From: Planctomycetales bacterium
GTDB taxonomy: Bacteria; Planctomycetota; Planctomycetia; Planctomycetales; Planctomycetaceae
Assembly (NCBI GenBank): GCA_038214195.1
Contig: JBBQSE010000002.1
Location: forward strand, 854-64,853
Direction of reading: 5' to 3'
Length of the DNA: 64,000 bases
In this document: positions 27,601 to 36,926 of the stretch, piece by piece
How positions within the stretch are numbered: the first letter of the stretch is position 1
Layout of the letters: each line of letters opens with the position of its first letter
Translations under genes and position numbers: made by a program
The notes under the pieces: generated by a model
Databases searched by the model: none
What the model was told of the DNA's origin: nothing
What the model saw: the letters and a program-made list of their open reading frames with translations, nothing else

Positions 27601-27796
27601 CGACGAATTGCGGATCGTGAATTCAGCGCTGCAGACGCAGATAGCTCTCTTCAAAGACGACGAGGACGCGGCTGAGAAAGCGATTCGCGTCGGCGAATCC
27701 ACACCGAAGAATTTGACGCCGGCACCGGAAACGGCGGCATGGACGATGATTGCCAACCTGATTCTGAATCTGGATGAAACAGTGACAAGGAACTAA
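24671..27796 (+). CDS. PSCyt1/DUF1549/DUF1553 (PSD1) domain protein, planctomycete cytochrome-c-like
   Basis: Signal peptide. 'CFECHG' is a CxxCH heme site. '[15 protein letters not shown]' is the DUF1549 block and '[24 protein letters not shown]' is the DUF1553 block. Confidence 0.9.
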   Translation: [1041 protein letters not shown]

Positions 27797-27818
27797 GCAT
27801 CGAGCCGTTTATTATTGT

Positions 27819-27901
27819 CTTATCAGCCGGAACGCGCTAGCGTCCGGTTCTGTGACAACCGTGAGCCAGCGATCTGCGGCTGATTGAGTGACGACACTTA
27901 T
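27819..27901 (+). repeat. Hairpin repeat family C, copy 2 (inside the DUF1553-DUF1501 spacer)
   Basis: Aligns to 13824-13906 and 29794-29870. Confidence 0.8.
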
Positions 27902-27971
27902 ACACCGCTCGATGCCAGGCGTGTTGAATCGCCCGTCAAGACACCGCACACAGAACAACCCGAGCCCACCC

Positions 27972-29444
27972 ATGAACACCATCAACGACTACCTGCTGAC
28001 TCAAACCCGCCGACAATTCTTCGGCCATGGCGCGCTGCGCATGGGCAGCGTTTCGCTGTCGCTGATGGCGGCTCAGCATGCCACTGCCGCACAGCAAACA
28101 GTCGCCGCAGAACGCATTCATCCGCCGCTGCCAGGTTTTCCACATTTTGCTCCAAAAGCAAAATCTGTGATTTATCTGCACATGAACGGCGGTCCGTCTC
28201 AACTGGATCTATGGGATTGCAAACCTGAACTCGCCGATCACTTTGACAAAGATCTGCCGGATTCCATTCGCATGGGTCAGCGGATCACAACCATGACCAG
28301 CGGGCAGGCGAGATTGCCGGTCGCTCCGTCATTGTTTAAGTTTCAGCGTTACGGTCAGGCCGGAACCTGGGCCAGTGAACTAATTGCGCGTACGGCGGAG
28401 CATGTTGATGATATCGCTCTTGTTCGCAGCGTTTATACGCACGCAATCAATCACGATCCTGCATGTACGTTTGTCACGACAGGCAGTGAAGTGCCCGGCA
28501 AACCGAGTCTCGGATCATGGCTGGCGTACGGGCTCGGCAGTGAAAGCAATAATCTGCCGGCATTTGTTGCGCTAACCCCGCACTGGACATCGAAGAACGC
28601 GGCTCAGGCATTGTTTTCGCGCATGTGGAGCAGCGGGTTTCTACCGTCGAAATATACCGGCGTCGCACTGCGCAGCGCTGGCGATCCGGTGCTGTATATT
28701 GACAATCCGGACGGCATCGACGCGCGACACCGCCGCGCCATGCTGGACACACTCTCAGAACTCAATCATCGAAATTACGAACGCTTCGGAGATCCGGAAA
28801 CGCAAACTCGCATCGCGCAGTATGAGATGGCGTTTCGTATGCAGAGCAGTGTCCCGGAACTCGTTGATCTTTCCGGCGAGACCCAGGCAACTCTCGACAT
28901 GTACGGGCCGGAAGTTACTAAACGCGGTTCATTTGCCGCGAGTGCTCTTCTGGCTCGACGCATGGTTGAACGCGGCGTGCGCGTCGTCCAGATTCTGCAT
29001 CGTGGCTGGGATCAGCACGGTGCGCTGCCGAGCGAAATTCGTCATCAGTGCTACGACACCGACCAACCTTGTGCGGCATTGTTAAAGGATCTGAAAGAGC
29101 GGGGCATGCTGGACGACACGCTGGTAGTCTGGGGCGGTGAATTTGGTCGCACCGTGTATTCTCAGGGTTCACTCACGGCCACAAATTACGGACGCGATCA
29201 TCATCCGCGTTGTTTCAGCATGTGGCTGGCAGGTGGTGGGATCAAGGGCGGAGTAGTGTACGGCGAGACCGACGATTTCAGCTACAACATTGTCAACAAT
29301 CCCTGCCACGTCAATGATCTCAACGCCACGATTCTGCATTGTCTGGGCATCGATCACGAACGCTTTTCCTATCGTTTCCAGGGTCTGGATCAGCGACTAA
29401 CCGGCGTCGAGCCACAGCACGTTGTTCACGAGATCCTGACATAG
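27972..29444 (+). CDS. DUF1501 (sulfatase-like) domain protein with a Tat-type signal
   Basis: '[14 protein letters not shown]', '[16 protein letters not shown]' and 'YGRDHHP'. The ATG at 27972 avoids reading through repeat C2. Confidence 0.9.
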   Translation: MNTINDYLLTQTRRQFFGHGALRMGSVSLSLMAAQHATAAQQTVAAERIHPPLPGFPHFAPKAKSVIYLHMNGGPSQLDLWDCKPELADHFDKDLPDSIRMGQRITTMTSGQARLPVAPSLFKFQRYGQAGTWASELIARTAEHVDDIALVRSVYTHAINHDPACTFVTTGSEVPGKPSLGSWLAYGLGSESNNLPAFVALTPHWTSKNAAQALFSRMWSSGFLPSKYTGVALRSAGDPVLYIDNPDGIDARHRRAMLDTLSELNHRNYERFGDPETQTRIAQYEMAFRMQSSVPELVDLSGETQATLDMYGPEVTKRGSFAASALLARRMVERGVRVVQILHRGWDQHGALPSEIRHQCYDTDQPCAALLKDLKERGMLDDTLVVWGGEFGRTVYSQGSLTATNYGRDHHPRCFSMWLAGGGIKGGVVYGETDDFSYNIVNNPCHVNDLNATILHCLGIDHERFSYRFQGLDQRLTGVEPQHVVHEILT

Positions 29445-29519
29445 ACACGCTTCGCGGCGTGATGTCGATGCCCCATGTCCGTAGCCCGGTAAGCAGCGAG
29501 CGGAGAATTGCTGTTGGAA

Positions 29520-29582
29520 GTACGTCAGACGTTCCAGCCTGACCTGTCACGTTTCCATGTCAGCCTGGAAACGCTGACGTAC
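29520..29582 (+). terminator. Long imperfect hairpin followed by CTGTTTTCC; candidate terminator of the DUF1553-DUF1501 operon
   Basis: GTACGTCAGACGTTCCAGCCTGAC / GTCAGCCTGGAAACGCTGACGTAC (20 of 24 bases complementary) with a 15-nt loop, 75 nt after the stop. Confidence 0.35.
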
Positions 29583-29793
29583 ATCTGTTTTCCGCTTCGT
29601 GGGGCCGCGTGTGACGATTGCTTAGTGCGGAATCAATGCGACCCACAAGGCGTCGATCGAAAACCGGGCAGCCAGTCGATGGGACTCGGCACGGATCGCA
29701 GATGCATTTGCCTCACGTGCAGATAGATCACCGTCGTCGAAAACCGTTTGTGACCGAGCAGGCGACCAGTTGAGGCTTGAGGCGTGCGACTGT

Positions 29794-29870
29794 CTTATCA
29801 GCCGCAACGCGCTAGCGTCTGGTTCTGTGAAAACCGGGAGCTAGCGTCCGGCGGCGCGTGAGTTGTAGAT
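29794..29870 (+). repeat. Hairpin repeat family C, copy 3
   Basis: 'CTTATCAGCCGCAACGCGCTAGCGTCTGGTTCTGTGAAAACCGGGAGCTAGCG...'. It diverges from copies 1 and 2 just before the GTGCG at 29872. Confidence 0.75.
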
Positions 29871-29871
29871 A

Positions 29872-30960
29872 GTGCGCGTCGGGAAATGGGTGTTGAGCCG
29901 AAAACGGCTGACGTTTGGAGTCGATTTTTCGGTGAAGATTCAGAGTGCGCGGTGACTTGCGGCGTGCAAATGGCGATTTTGCTGTAACGTGGGCCGGTCG
30001 TGGGGGATTTTGTCGCGCTCTGCGCGTACGTTTCTTGCGGCCTTCGATGAAGTCCGGAGGTTTTGTGGCGTTTAAGTGAACCTGGGGCGGCGTTCATCCG
30101 CATTCGCGGATTCTCTTGCCCCAGGCTGATTTGTGCGAGCCTTTCAGGCTCAATCACAGTCTCCATCAAATACAACTCGTATATGGTACGAGCCCGACCG
30201 CGCACTTCATTTCGCGCAGAACCGATATTTCCGGGTTCTTCGACAACCTCTCGCACTCCGCCATTATGACGGAACTCTCGAAGGTCGTGGCGGACGGGAA
30301 CATCTTAAGATTAGTCCAGAAGTTTCTCTCGACAGGCGTTAACGTCAGGCCAGGGAGGCCCTGGAACTGGTCAGCAAATTTCTTGCCGACCAGCTTAGCC
30401 TCGCACTGAGTCCGGAAAAGACACACATCACAACCTTCAAGAAGGGCTTCGCCTTCCTGGGTTTTCAGATTGGTGCCTGGACCATTCGGATGCGGGATAA
30501 ATCCAAAGAGAAGTTCAAAGACAAAATCCGACAGATCACGACCCGAAGTCACAACCTGGACGCTGAGATGATCGAGCAACTGAATCGCGTTATCCGCGGG
30601 ACGGCGAATTACTTCACCCGTTCCTGGTCAGCGTGCGGCAACATGTACCGCGCTCTGGATCGGTGGATACGCATGCGACTGAGGTGCATGAAGTCCAAAC
30701 GAAAGTCGATGATGGATAATCGTCGCACCCGATTGGCTCACCTTGAGCGTATGGGTCTACTATCGCTTTGTCGCTTTATTCCTGTTCGTGTAGCGAGAAC
30801 GCCAGGGCTCTCCCTAACGGAAGCGATTCCTGCGGGGTCGCCCGGTGCTGGAAAGTTGCACGCCGGTAAATTGAGGGAACTAACCCTCTTGCGACGAAGG
30901 GGAGGCATGAGGCCTGAAACGGCCTCAGCCTTACCCGCTTGATTCGTATACTCAACCAGG
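29872..30960 (+). mobile_element. Degraded group II intron remnant (boundaries approximate)
   Basis: GTGCG at 29872 matches the intron 5' consensus GUGYG. RT/maturase-derived reading frames lie within the element. GAAA-loop hairpins occur 3' of the ORF. The 3' boundary is not established. Confidence 0.55.
30176..30942 (+). pseudogene. Group II intron reverse transcriptase/maturase, frameshifted and internally deleted
   Basis: Frame 2 reads 'VYGTSPTAH..TDISGFFDNLSHSAIMTELSKVVADGNILRLVQKFLSTGV'. Frame 1 reads 'AREALELVSKFLADQLSLALSPEKTHITTFKKGFAFLGFQI' followed by the X-domain 'KFKDKIRQITTRS..LNRVIRGTANYF..LDRWIRMRLR'. The PQG/SPLL/YADD block expected between them is missing. Confidence 0.75.
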
Positions 30961-30968
30961 ACAGACCA

Positions 30969-31898
30969 CTAGTCTACAAGGCACAATTGTGGTGGAAAGA
31001 TTTCGGTCTCGCCGGAATAGAACCGCAATCCGCGAACAACGACCATTTTCGATTCGCCTGGCGTCAATTCCAGATGCCAGCGCTGTGACTCTGTGGCGGA
31101 AAAACTCACCTCACCATCAAATCCCTGCAGTGTGCTGGTTGCAAGTGTTCGGAGCGCGCTGCCGGCATCGGGGATCGAGCACGAAAATGACAGGACCGGA
31201 TGATATTGGTCGCTGTGGCCGGAATAGAGCCGAATGCGCGTGAGTTCGACGGGAAACGGAAACGTAAGATCGAGCGTGGCTGTTGTGGACACTGGATCTG
31301 AACTCCACATCGAGCCGGCATCGTAAGTAATCTCCGGACCGGGACTTGGTCTGAAATAACCAACAACGCAGTTTTCAACTTTCGAACCAAATGAAGCCCC
31401 GGCATTCGTTTGGACATCGATCGCATAGTCCGGCTGGCCTTCGAGTTTGGAATTCACGACGACAGTCAGAAAGACGTGCGGGCAGTTGAAGCGATTGAAG
31501 CCGAACGAATCCAGAAGTTCGGACGAAAAATCCAGCACGGCATCGCCATCACGCTTTCGATATTCGGCCAGATTCTTATGACCTCGAATGCGTTTGACGG
31601 TTTCTTCAATCTCAAAGGATGTTCCCAGCAACTCACCGTATCGTCTCTGTGTCCATTTCAAATGCTTCATCACGATGGCATCGAGACTTCGCGGCGGAAA
31701 AGACTCATCGGTGGGACAAAAGATCACCGGCTGCACCGATATTCGCTCGGGAGGAAAATATGGCTTCGAGTCGAACTGAGCGGACGCTCGGCTTGTCCAT
31801 ACGGAGATCGCGATCAGAATAAAAAGCCAGAGTTGTATTTCGTGTCGTGACAAGTCGTTTTCTCCCTGGAATTCAGTCGCAGGTTTGTCAGGGCTCAC
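30969..31898 (-). CDS. Hypothetical signal-anchored protein with a C-terminal discoidin/F5-8-type-C-like beta-sandwich (tentative)
   Basis: The GTG start lies 6 nt after the stop of the upstream 1119-aa gene. Hydrophobic anchor 'LWLFILIAISVW'. The C-terminal 'LTRIRLYSGHSD...VVVRGLRFYSG' pattern is reminiscent of discoidin domains. Confidence 0.55.
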   Translation of the reverse strand: MSPDKPATEFQGENDLSRHEIQLWLFILIAISVWTSRASAQFDSKPYFPPERISVQPVIFCPTDESFPPRSLDAIVMKHLKWTQRRYGELLGTSFEIEETVKRIRGHKNLAEYRKRDGDAVLDFSSELLDSFGFNRFNCPHVFLTVVVNSKLEGQPDYAIDVQTNAGASFGSKVENCVVGYFRPSPGPEITYDAGSMWSSDPVSTTATLDLTFPFPVELTRIRLYSGHSDQYHPVLSFSCSIPDAGSALRTLATSTLQGFDGEVSFSATESQRWHLELTPGESKMVVVRGLRFYSGETEIFPPQLCLVD

Positions 31899-31904
31899 GC
31901 GGGC

Positions 31905-34900
31905 TCAAAGACTCTGAAGGTACTTATCCAGATCGGCCAGATCCGAGGGTTTTGTATCCCTGAGCAGCCCGGCGGGCATCAGCGAGTTGCGTTGCAGCAC
32001 TTTACTTTCCGTGTCGGCGGCTTCGATTCGCCAGGTCTTGTGTTCGGCATCGCGAAGCAGCACGCCGTCGACAGATTCGTAGACGATCAGTCCCGTGTAG
32101 ACTTTGCCGGATTTTGTTTCAATTGAAGTCGTTTGATAGCGCGGCGAGATATCCCGGTTGGGCTCGACGATCGATGCGAACAAATCATGGCGTGAAAATC
32201 GTTTGGTCACGCCCTTCAGGTCTGGCCCAAGAGCCTGACGTCCGCCGTGACAGCGGGCACAGGCGAGGCGCTCGAACAGACGCCGTCCGTTATCGACGTT
32301 GCCCGCGTCCCAGTCAACTCTCTCCAGACTGAGCAGGATCTTCTGCGACACGTCAGACGTTTGCGGTGGGCGATATTCGGGATAGCGTTTTTCCAGCCAC
32401 GTTTGCCACAGTTGCATGGATTCGGGCTGCAGGCGGTAGCCTTCTTCTCCAAATGCAAACTGGTGGGCTTGAGACGTATTGTTCTGCAGCAGCCGCATCG
32501 CCATTTCACGCAATTGAAATTCTCGCTTGTCGTTGATCAGACGTCGAGCTACCCCCAGCAGTTGAAACTGTTCCGCCGCGTCGTTGTTGCGAGGAAGTTT
32601 GACCAGGGCCTTCAGACAGGCTTCCACGGCGTTCAACTGGGCGGATTCCAGACCGGCGAGCAGGATTTCGCGGTCCTCCTTTGTTGCATGTTCCGCGATG
32701 ACCATCAGAACCGCATCGCGGACAGACAGGTTCTCCAGTTGTTCGCGCAGCAATGCCTGATGTTCGGGTTTGGCAGATTCACCAATGACAAACACCACAT
32801 CGTTGGACCACTTGTATTCTGGATCACGCTGGATCGCGCTGACAAGTCCTTCAATCGCTTTGGGAATTGATCCCTGCGGTACCTGGCTAAGAAACAGGAC
32901 ATGCCCTGGTTCGCCAAAACCTGGCTGTTCGGCCAGCAGCGACGGCATGGCGGGATCGACGTTGCACAGGGCCTTGTAAAGTTCCCCGATACGATCGTCC
33001 CAGTTTGTATCCTGCTTGAGGTCGTACCTGCGAATTTTGATGTCGATGCCCAGCAACGCTTTGGCAGTGGCGACACTTTCCTCGTAAGACCTCTCAATTT
33101 CGAATTGACTGATGGCGGCGAGGCGATGAATGTCGTCGGCCGGTAGTGTGGAATCCGTAATGCTGGCCAGCAGCCTTGAAAAAAGTTCGCGATTGAGCGG
33201 GGCCGTCATGGCAATCAGGCGAATCAACTCATGATCCAGATGTGCGTCGCCGGACGGGAACACGGCTGCGACTTTGGTCATAATCGGGTTAAGTTCTCGT
33301 TCAATTGGGGCGAGAGACATCGCGGGAGCATAGCCATCAAACATGACCGGGCGGTCTTTGGCTGGCCCAACGTCACCCAGTGTCATCTGCAGAATCCGCG
33401 TGGCGTCGTGACGATCTTCGCTGGATGCATCCTTCGACGTCAGCACGCTTGCGGCGACCGCTGCCGAAGGAACGCTTTGCAGCGGCGATCGCAGACAGCG
33501 CCCCATGTGAAACCACATCAAGCCACGAAGGTTATTTGCAAGAGCCTTTGCCAGCGCGTTCCGATGATCATCATTCATGCGGGACACAAGCAGCGCGGCG
33601 GAAAACCGAACGCTGCGGTCATTTGAAGCCAGCGCGGCGGCAATGGAAGAAATCGTTGTCGTGAACGACGCCGCAGACGTTGCAGATGAAAGAGCCTCCA
33701 GCGCGAAGCGTTGCACAAAGGGATCGCGATCGGAGATGAGTTTCTTCAGAATGTCCGCGTCCGGTGCCTCGGGACGACTGCGACCAACGGCCCATGCCGT
33801 CCTCGCGCGAACCAGTCCGGCCCCTGCGAAGCTGAGTTTTGCTGCCGTGGCTTTGTCCAGTCCACCGTACATTTCCACGAGAATCTCGATCGCCCGCATG
33901 CGTTGTGACACGGGCCGCTTCTCCATCTGCGCAGCTTCGCGAAACGGTGCCGCGCCCAGTGACTTTGCCAGCGGAATCCACTCGGCGCGGGACCAGCTGC
34001 TGTTTGGCTGAGGTGCATCCAGAACCGCATCCAACTGTTGCGTCGCTGAGTCCACATCAGACACGGGAGTTGGCAACAGAGCGGAGTCCCAGACGATGCG
34101 AAACACGCTGCCACGGGTTCCTCGTCCTCCGACGCTCACGAACATGCTTCCATCGGGAGCGACTTCGATATCGGTCGGTGCGAAGCCAAACTGATCCTGT
34201 CCTTCAGCAAACACGACGCCGTCTTTCTTCCAACCGGAACCTTCCTGCGTCAGTGGGACAGTCAGGATGCGTCCGAGTGTCCAGTCAAGCATGAACAGCG
34301 CATTCCGGTATGGCTCCGGGAATTGATTGTGCCGATAACACGTGACGCCGGTGGGAGAACCGCGCCCAAAAGTCGCGAGCACCGGAGGCATGTCAGGATA
34401 ACTGCCCGGACGCTTCAGTCCCGTTGTGACGTATCCGGCGTTGGACAGCGGCAGCACATGAAAGACCTGGGTTGGAAGATACCACGGCAGGGAAATGTCA
34501 CGTTCATCATCACTGTCATATGTAAAGAAATCACCGGTTCCGTTGAAGGTAATGTCATAGGCATTGCGGAAGCCGTCGCTGACAATTTCTCCGCCGGACA
34601 GGTCAGGTTTCAGCCGCAGCAGCGTGCCGGACACAGGCTGCCTGATCGGTGACGTTGGCGCAGTTGCGTACGCGGCGGTGACGCCTGCAAAATTTCCGGC
34701 CATGACATACCACCAGCCGTCCGGGCCTTTTTGGATCGAATGCACGTGATGTTCGCCGCCTGCCGAGATTTTCAGAAAGACCTGCGGAGGACCATCGGCG
34801 ATGTCATCCTGGTTGTCATCGCGGAAAATCTGCAGCCCCTGATCGCCCGAACACAACAGGCTGGAACCGAGGAAAAACATGCCCTGGGAACCGGTGTCCG

Positions 34901-35264
34901 GTTTGTCGGCGAACTGCTTAAATGAGTCAGCTCGTCCGTCGTTGTCACTGTCGATCAAAATCCGCACGTAGCCGGGACCGGAAACAACGACACGGCCTTT
35001 GGAGTCAATCGTCATCGAATGGATATCGTGCGCCAGATCATCGTCCGCATACAGCTCGACGTGAAATCCGTCAGGCACTTTAATCCCATTGACGATCGGG
35101 GCCGTCACTGGAGGAAGCAGTCCATCGTCGGCCAGCAGGTCCGGGCATGAGATTCCCGCTTTCAGCGCAAGCACGATCGACAGTAAACGCAATGTCTGTT
35201 GCTGCATCCAGGCGATTTTCGTCAAAGACGACTCTGCCGACCTGAATGGGACCTCATGGCTCAT
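31905..35264 (-). CDS. PVC-type heme-binding protein (membrane-bound-dehydrogenase-like beta-propeller + HEAT repeats + C-terminal cytochrome c)
   Basis: Signal peptide. N-terminal 'DIHSMTIDSKGRVVVSGPGYVRILIDSDNDGRAD' propeller/DxDxDG region. Long helical-repeat middle. C-terminal 'CARCHGG' is a CxxCH site, followed by 'NSLMPAGL'. Confidence 0.8.
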   Translation of the reverse strand: MSHEVPFRSAESSLTKIAWMQQQTLRLLSIVLALKAGISCPDLLADDGLLPPVTAPIVNGIKVPDGFHVELYADDDLAHDIHSMTIDSKGRVVVSGPGYVRILIDSDNDGRADSFKQFADKPDTGSQGMFFLGSSLLCSGDQGLQIFRDDNQDDIADGPPQVFLKISAGGEHHVHSIQKGPDGWWYVMAGNFAGVTAAYATAPTSPIRQPVSGTLLRLKPDLSGGEIVSDGFRNAYDITFNGTGDFFTYDSDDERDISLPWYLPTQVFHVLPLSNAGYVTTGLKRPGSYPDMPPVLATFGRGSPTGVTCYRHNQFPEPYRNALFMLDWTLGRILTVPLTQEGSGWKKDGVVFAEGQDQFGFAPTDIEVAPDGSMFVSVGGRGTRGSVFRIVWDSALLPTPVSDVDSATQQLDAVLDAPQPNSSWSRAEWIPLAKSLGAAPFREAAQMEKRPVSQRMRAIEILVEMYGGLDKATAAKLSFAGAGLVRARTAWAVGRSRPEAPDADILKKLISDRDPFVQRFALEALSSATSAASFTTTISSIAAALASNDRSVRFSAALLVSRMNDDHRNALAKALANNLRGLMWFHMGRCLRSPLQSVPSAAVAASVLTSKDASSEDRHDATRILQMTLGDVGPAKDRPVMFDGYAPAMSLAPIERELNPIMTKVAAVFPSGDAHLDHELIRLIAMTAPLNRELFSRLLASITDSTLPADDIHRLAAISQFEIERSYEESVATAKALLGIDIKIRRYDLKQDTNWDDRIGELYKALCNVDPAMPSLLAEQPGFGEPGHVLFLSQVPQGSIPKAIEGLVSAIQRDPEYKWSNDVVFVIGESAKPEHQALLREQLENLSVRDAVLMVIAEHATKEDREILLAGLESAQLNAVEACLKALVKLPRNNDAAEQFQLLGVARRLINDKREFQLREMAMRLLQNNTSQAHQFAFGEEGYRLQPESMQLWQTWLEKRYPEYRPPQTSDVSQKILLSLERVDWDAGNVDNGRRLFERLACARCHGGRQALGPDLKGVTKRFSRHDLFASIVEPNRDISPRYQTTSIETKSGKVYTGLIVYESVDGVLLRDAEHKTWRIEAADTESKVLQRNSLMPAGLLRDTKPSDLADLDKYLQSL

Positions 35265-35524
35265 CTGCGAATCACTCCGTTAATTCAACGCATTCCGAAT
35301 GACTGGTCACGGATGATAGGTGATCGCGGGATTAAATTGCAGTCCTGCTTTCGCCGGAAACCGGATCTGGAGCCTGCCACAGTCCGCAAGGGGTTCGGGG
35401 TTGTTGCGTTTCAGAACATCCTGTCTATACTTCTGTCGCCCGCGTACAGCATCGTACAACCTTCAAATCGTGTGACTCAGCTGCATTGCTCTGGATAGAG
35501 TGAGCAGTGCAGGAGCCTGGCTGA

Positions 35525-36922
35525 ATGAAACTCACATTTCTTGGTGCCGCAGGTGAAGTCACCGGCAGTCAGCACCTGATCGAAACCTCGTCGGCCAGAA
35601 TTCTGCTGGATTGCGGGCTTTTTCAGGGAAAGTCTGATCACACGCGACCACTGAATGAAAAATTTCGATGTGCGCCGCAAAAACTGGATCTGGTGGTGCT
35701 GTCGCACGGGCATATCGATCATTGCGGCAGACTTCCGGCACTTTACAAAGCTGGCTTTCGAGGCCCAATTTACACGAGTCACGCCACGGCCGATATTGCT
35801 GATCTCATGCTTCGTGACAGCGCTCATATTCAGGAGGAAGACGCGAGATATCGGCAGAAAAAGAAGTACGGCCGCCCAGGAGATTCCGACAAGCCGCTTT
35901 ACACGCTGGACGATGTCCGCAAAACGACACGGCTGTTCAAACCTGTCCTCTACCACGAGTGGAAAGAAATCAGTTCCAGCGTGCGAATTCGCATCAAACA
36001 TGCCGGGCATATTTTGGGGGCATCCATCACCGAACTGGAACTGCTGGACGATGGTGAATGGAAGCGACTGGTCTTCACTGGTGACCTTGGTCGTCGCAAT
36101 CAGCCGATTCTGAACGATCCTGAACCCGTCGATCGTTGCGATGTGCTGATTTCAGAATCGACGTACGGCAACAGACTGCATCCGCTGGCGGGTGATGTGA
36201 AGGCGGAATTGAAACGTGTGATCTGCGAAGCGGCCAGCCGCGAAGGCAAGGTCATCGTTCCGGCATTCAGTCTGGGGCGAACTCAGATGCTGGTCTATCT
36301 CCTGAACGAACTCCGCAACGAACACGCGCTTTGTCGCGTTCCGGTTTTCGTGGACAGCCCGCTGGCAACACGACTGACGGAAGTTCACCGTGAGAATTCG
36401 AACGTAATGAGTGAAGAGGTACAGGAGACGCTGCAGGTTGACGACGACGTCTTTAATTTCGACGGCCTGACTTACGTGCGTTCGCAAGGCGAGAGCATAG
36501 CGTTGAACAAGCGAAAGGGGCCGTTTGTCGTGATCGCGGCGGGCGGCATGTGCGAGAACGGGCGAGTCGTTCATCATTTAAAAAATGCCGTCGCCTACGA
36601 AAACAACACCATTCTGATCATCGGCTTTCAAGCCATGCACACTCTCGGTCGGCAGATCGTCGAGCGACAACCGGAACTCAGGATTTTGGGCCGCGAGTTT
36701 CCGTTGCGAGCGCGCGTTGAAATCGTGAACGGTCTATCGGCTCACGCAGACGCCGAAGACTTTCGCTGGTGGTTCGGTGAGCTGCAGAAACAGGGTGGTG
36801 CTGGCCAGGTCTTTTTAGTGCATGGCGAAGAAGCAGGCCTGCAGGCGATGGCGAGTTTGACTGCCGACTGTTCCGACCTGCCGCCAATCATCCCGAAATT
36901 TGGTGAATCGTTTGAGGTTTGA
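35525..36922 (+). CDS. MBL-fold beta-CASP ribonuclease-type hydrolase
   Basis: 'LSHGHIDHCGRLP' (HxHxDH), 'ESTYG', and the C-terminal 'LSAHAD' beta-CASP motif C. Confidence 0.88.
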   Translation: MKLTFLGAAGEVTGSQHLIETSSARILLDCGLFQGKSDHTRPLNEKFRCAPQKLDLVVLSHGHIDHCGRLPALYKAGFRGPIYTSHATADIADLMLRDSAHIQEEDARYRQKKKYGRPGDSDKPLYTLDDVRKTTRLFKPVLYHEWKEISSSVRIRIKHAGHILGASITELELLDDGEWKRLVFTGDLGRRNQPILNDPEPVDRCDVLISESTYGNRLHPLAGDVKAELKRVICEAASREGKVIVPAFSLGRTQMLVYLLNELRNEHALCRVPVFVDSPLATRLTEVHRENSNVMSEEVQETLQVDDDVFNFDGLTYVRSQGESIALNKRKGPFVVIAAGGMCENGRVVHHLKNAVAYENNTILIIGFQAMHTLGRQIVERQPELRILGREFPLRARVEIVNGLSAHADAEDFRWWFGELQKQGGAGQVFLVHGEEAGLQAMASLTADCSDLPPIIPKFGESFEV

Positions 36923-36926
36923 GTCA

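Noticed and set aside
30842-30936. Calling a definite group II intron domain V/VI and a precise 3' splice site
   Set aside because: Two GAAA-loop hairpins exist, but neither matches the canonical domain V. One has a 4-bp lower stem only, and the other has its bulge on the 5' strand and AGGC instead of the AGC triad. The element is decayed, so the 3' boundary is left approximate.
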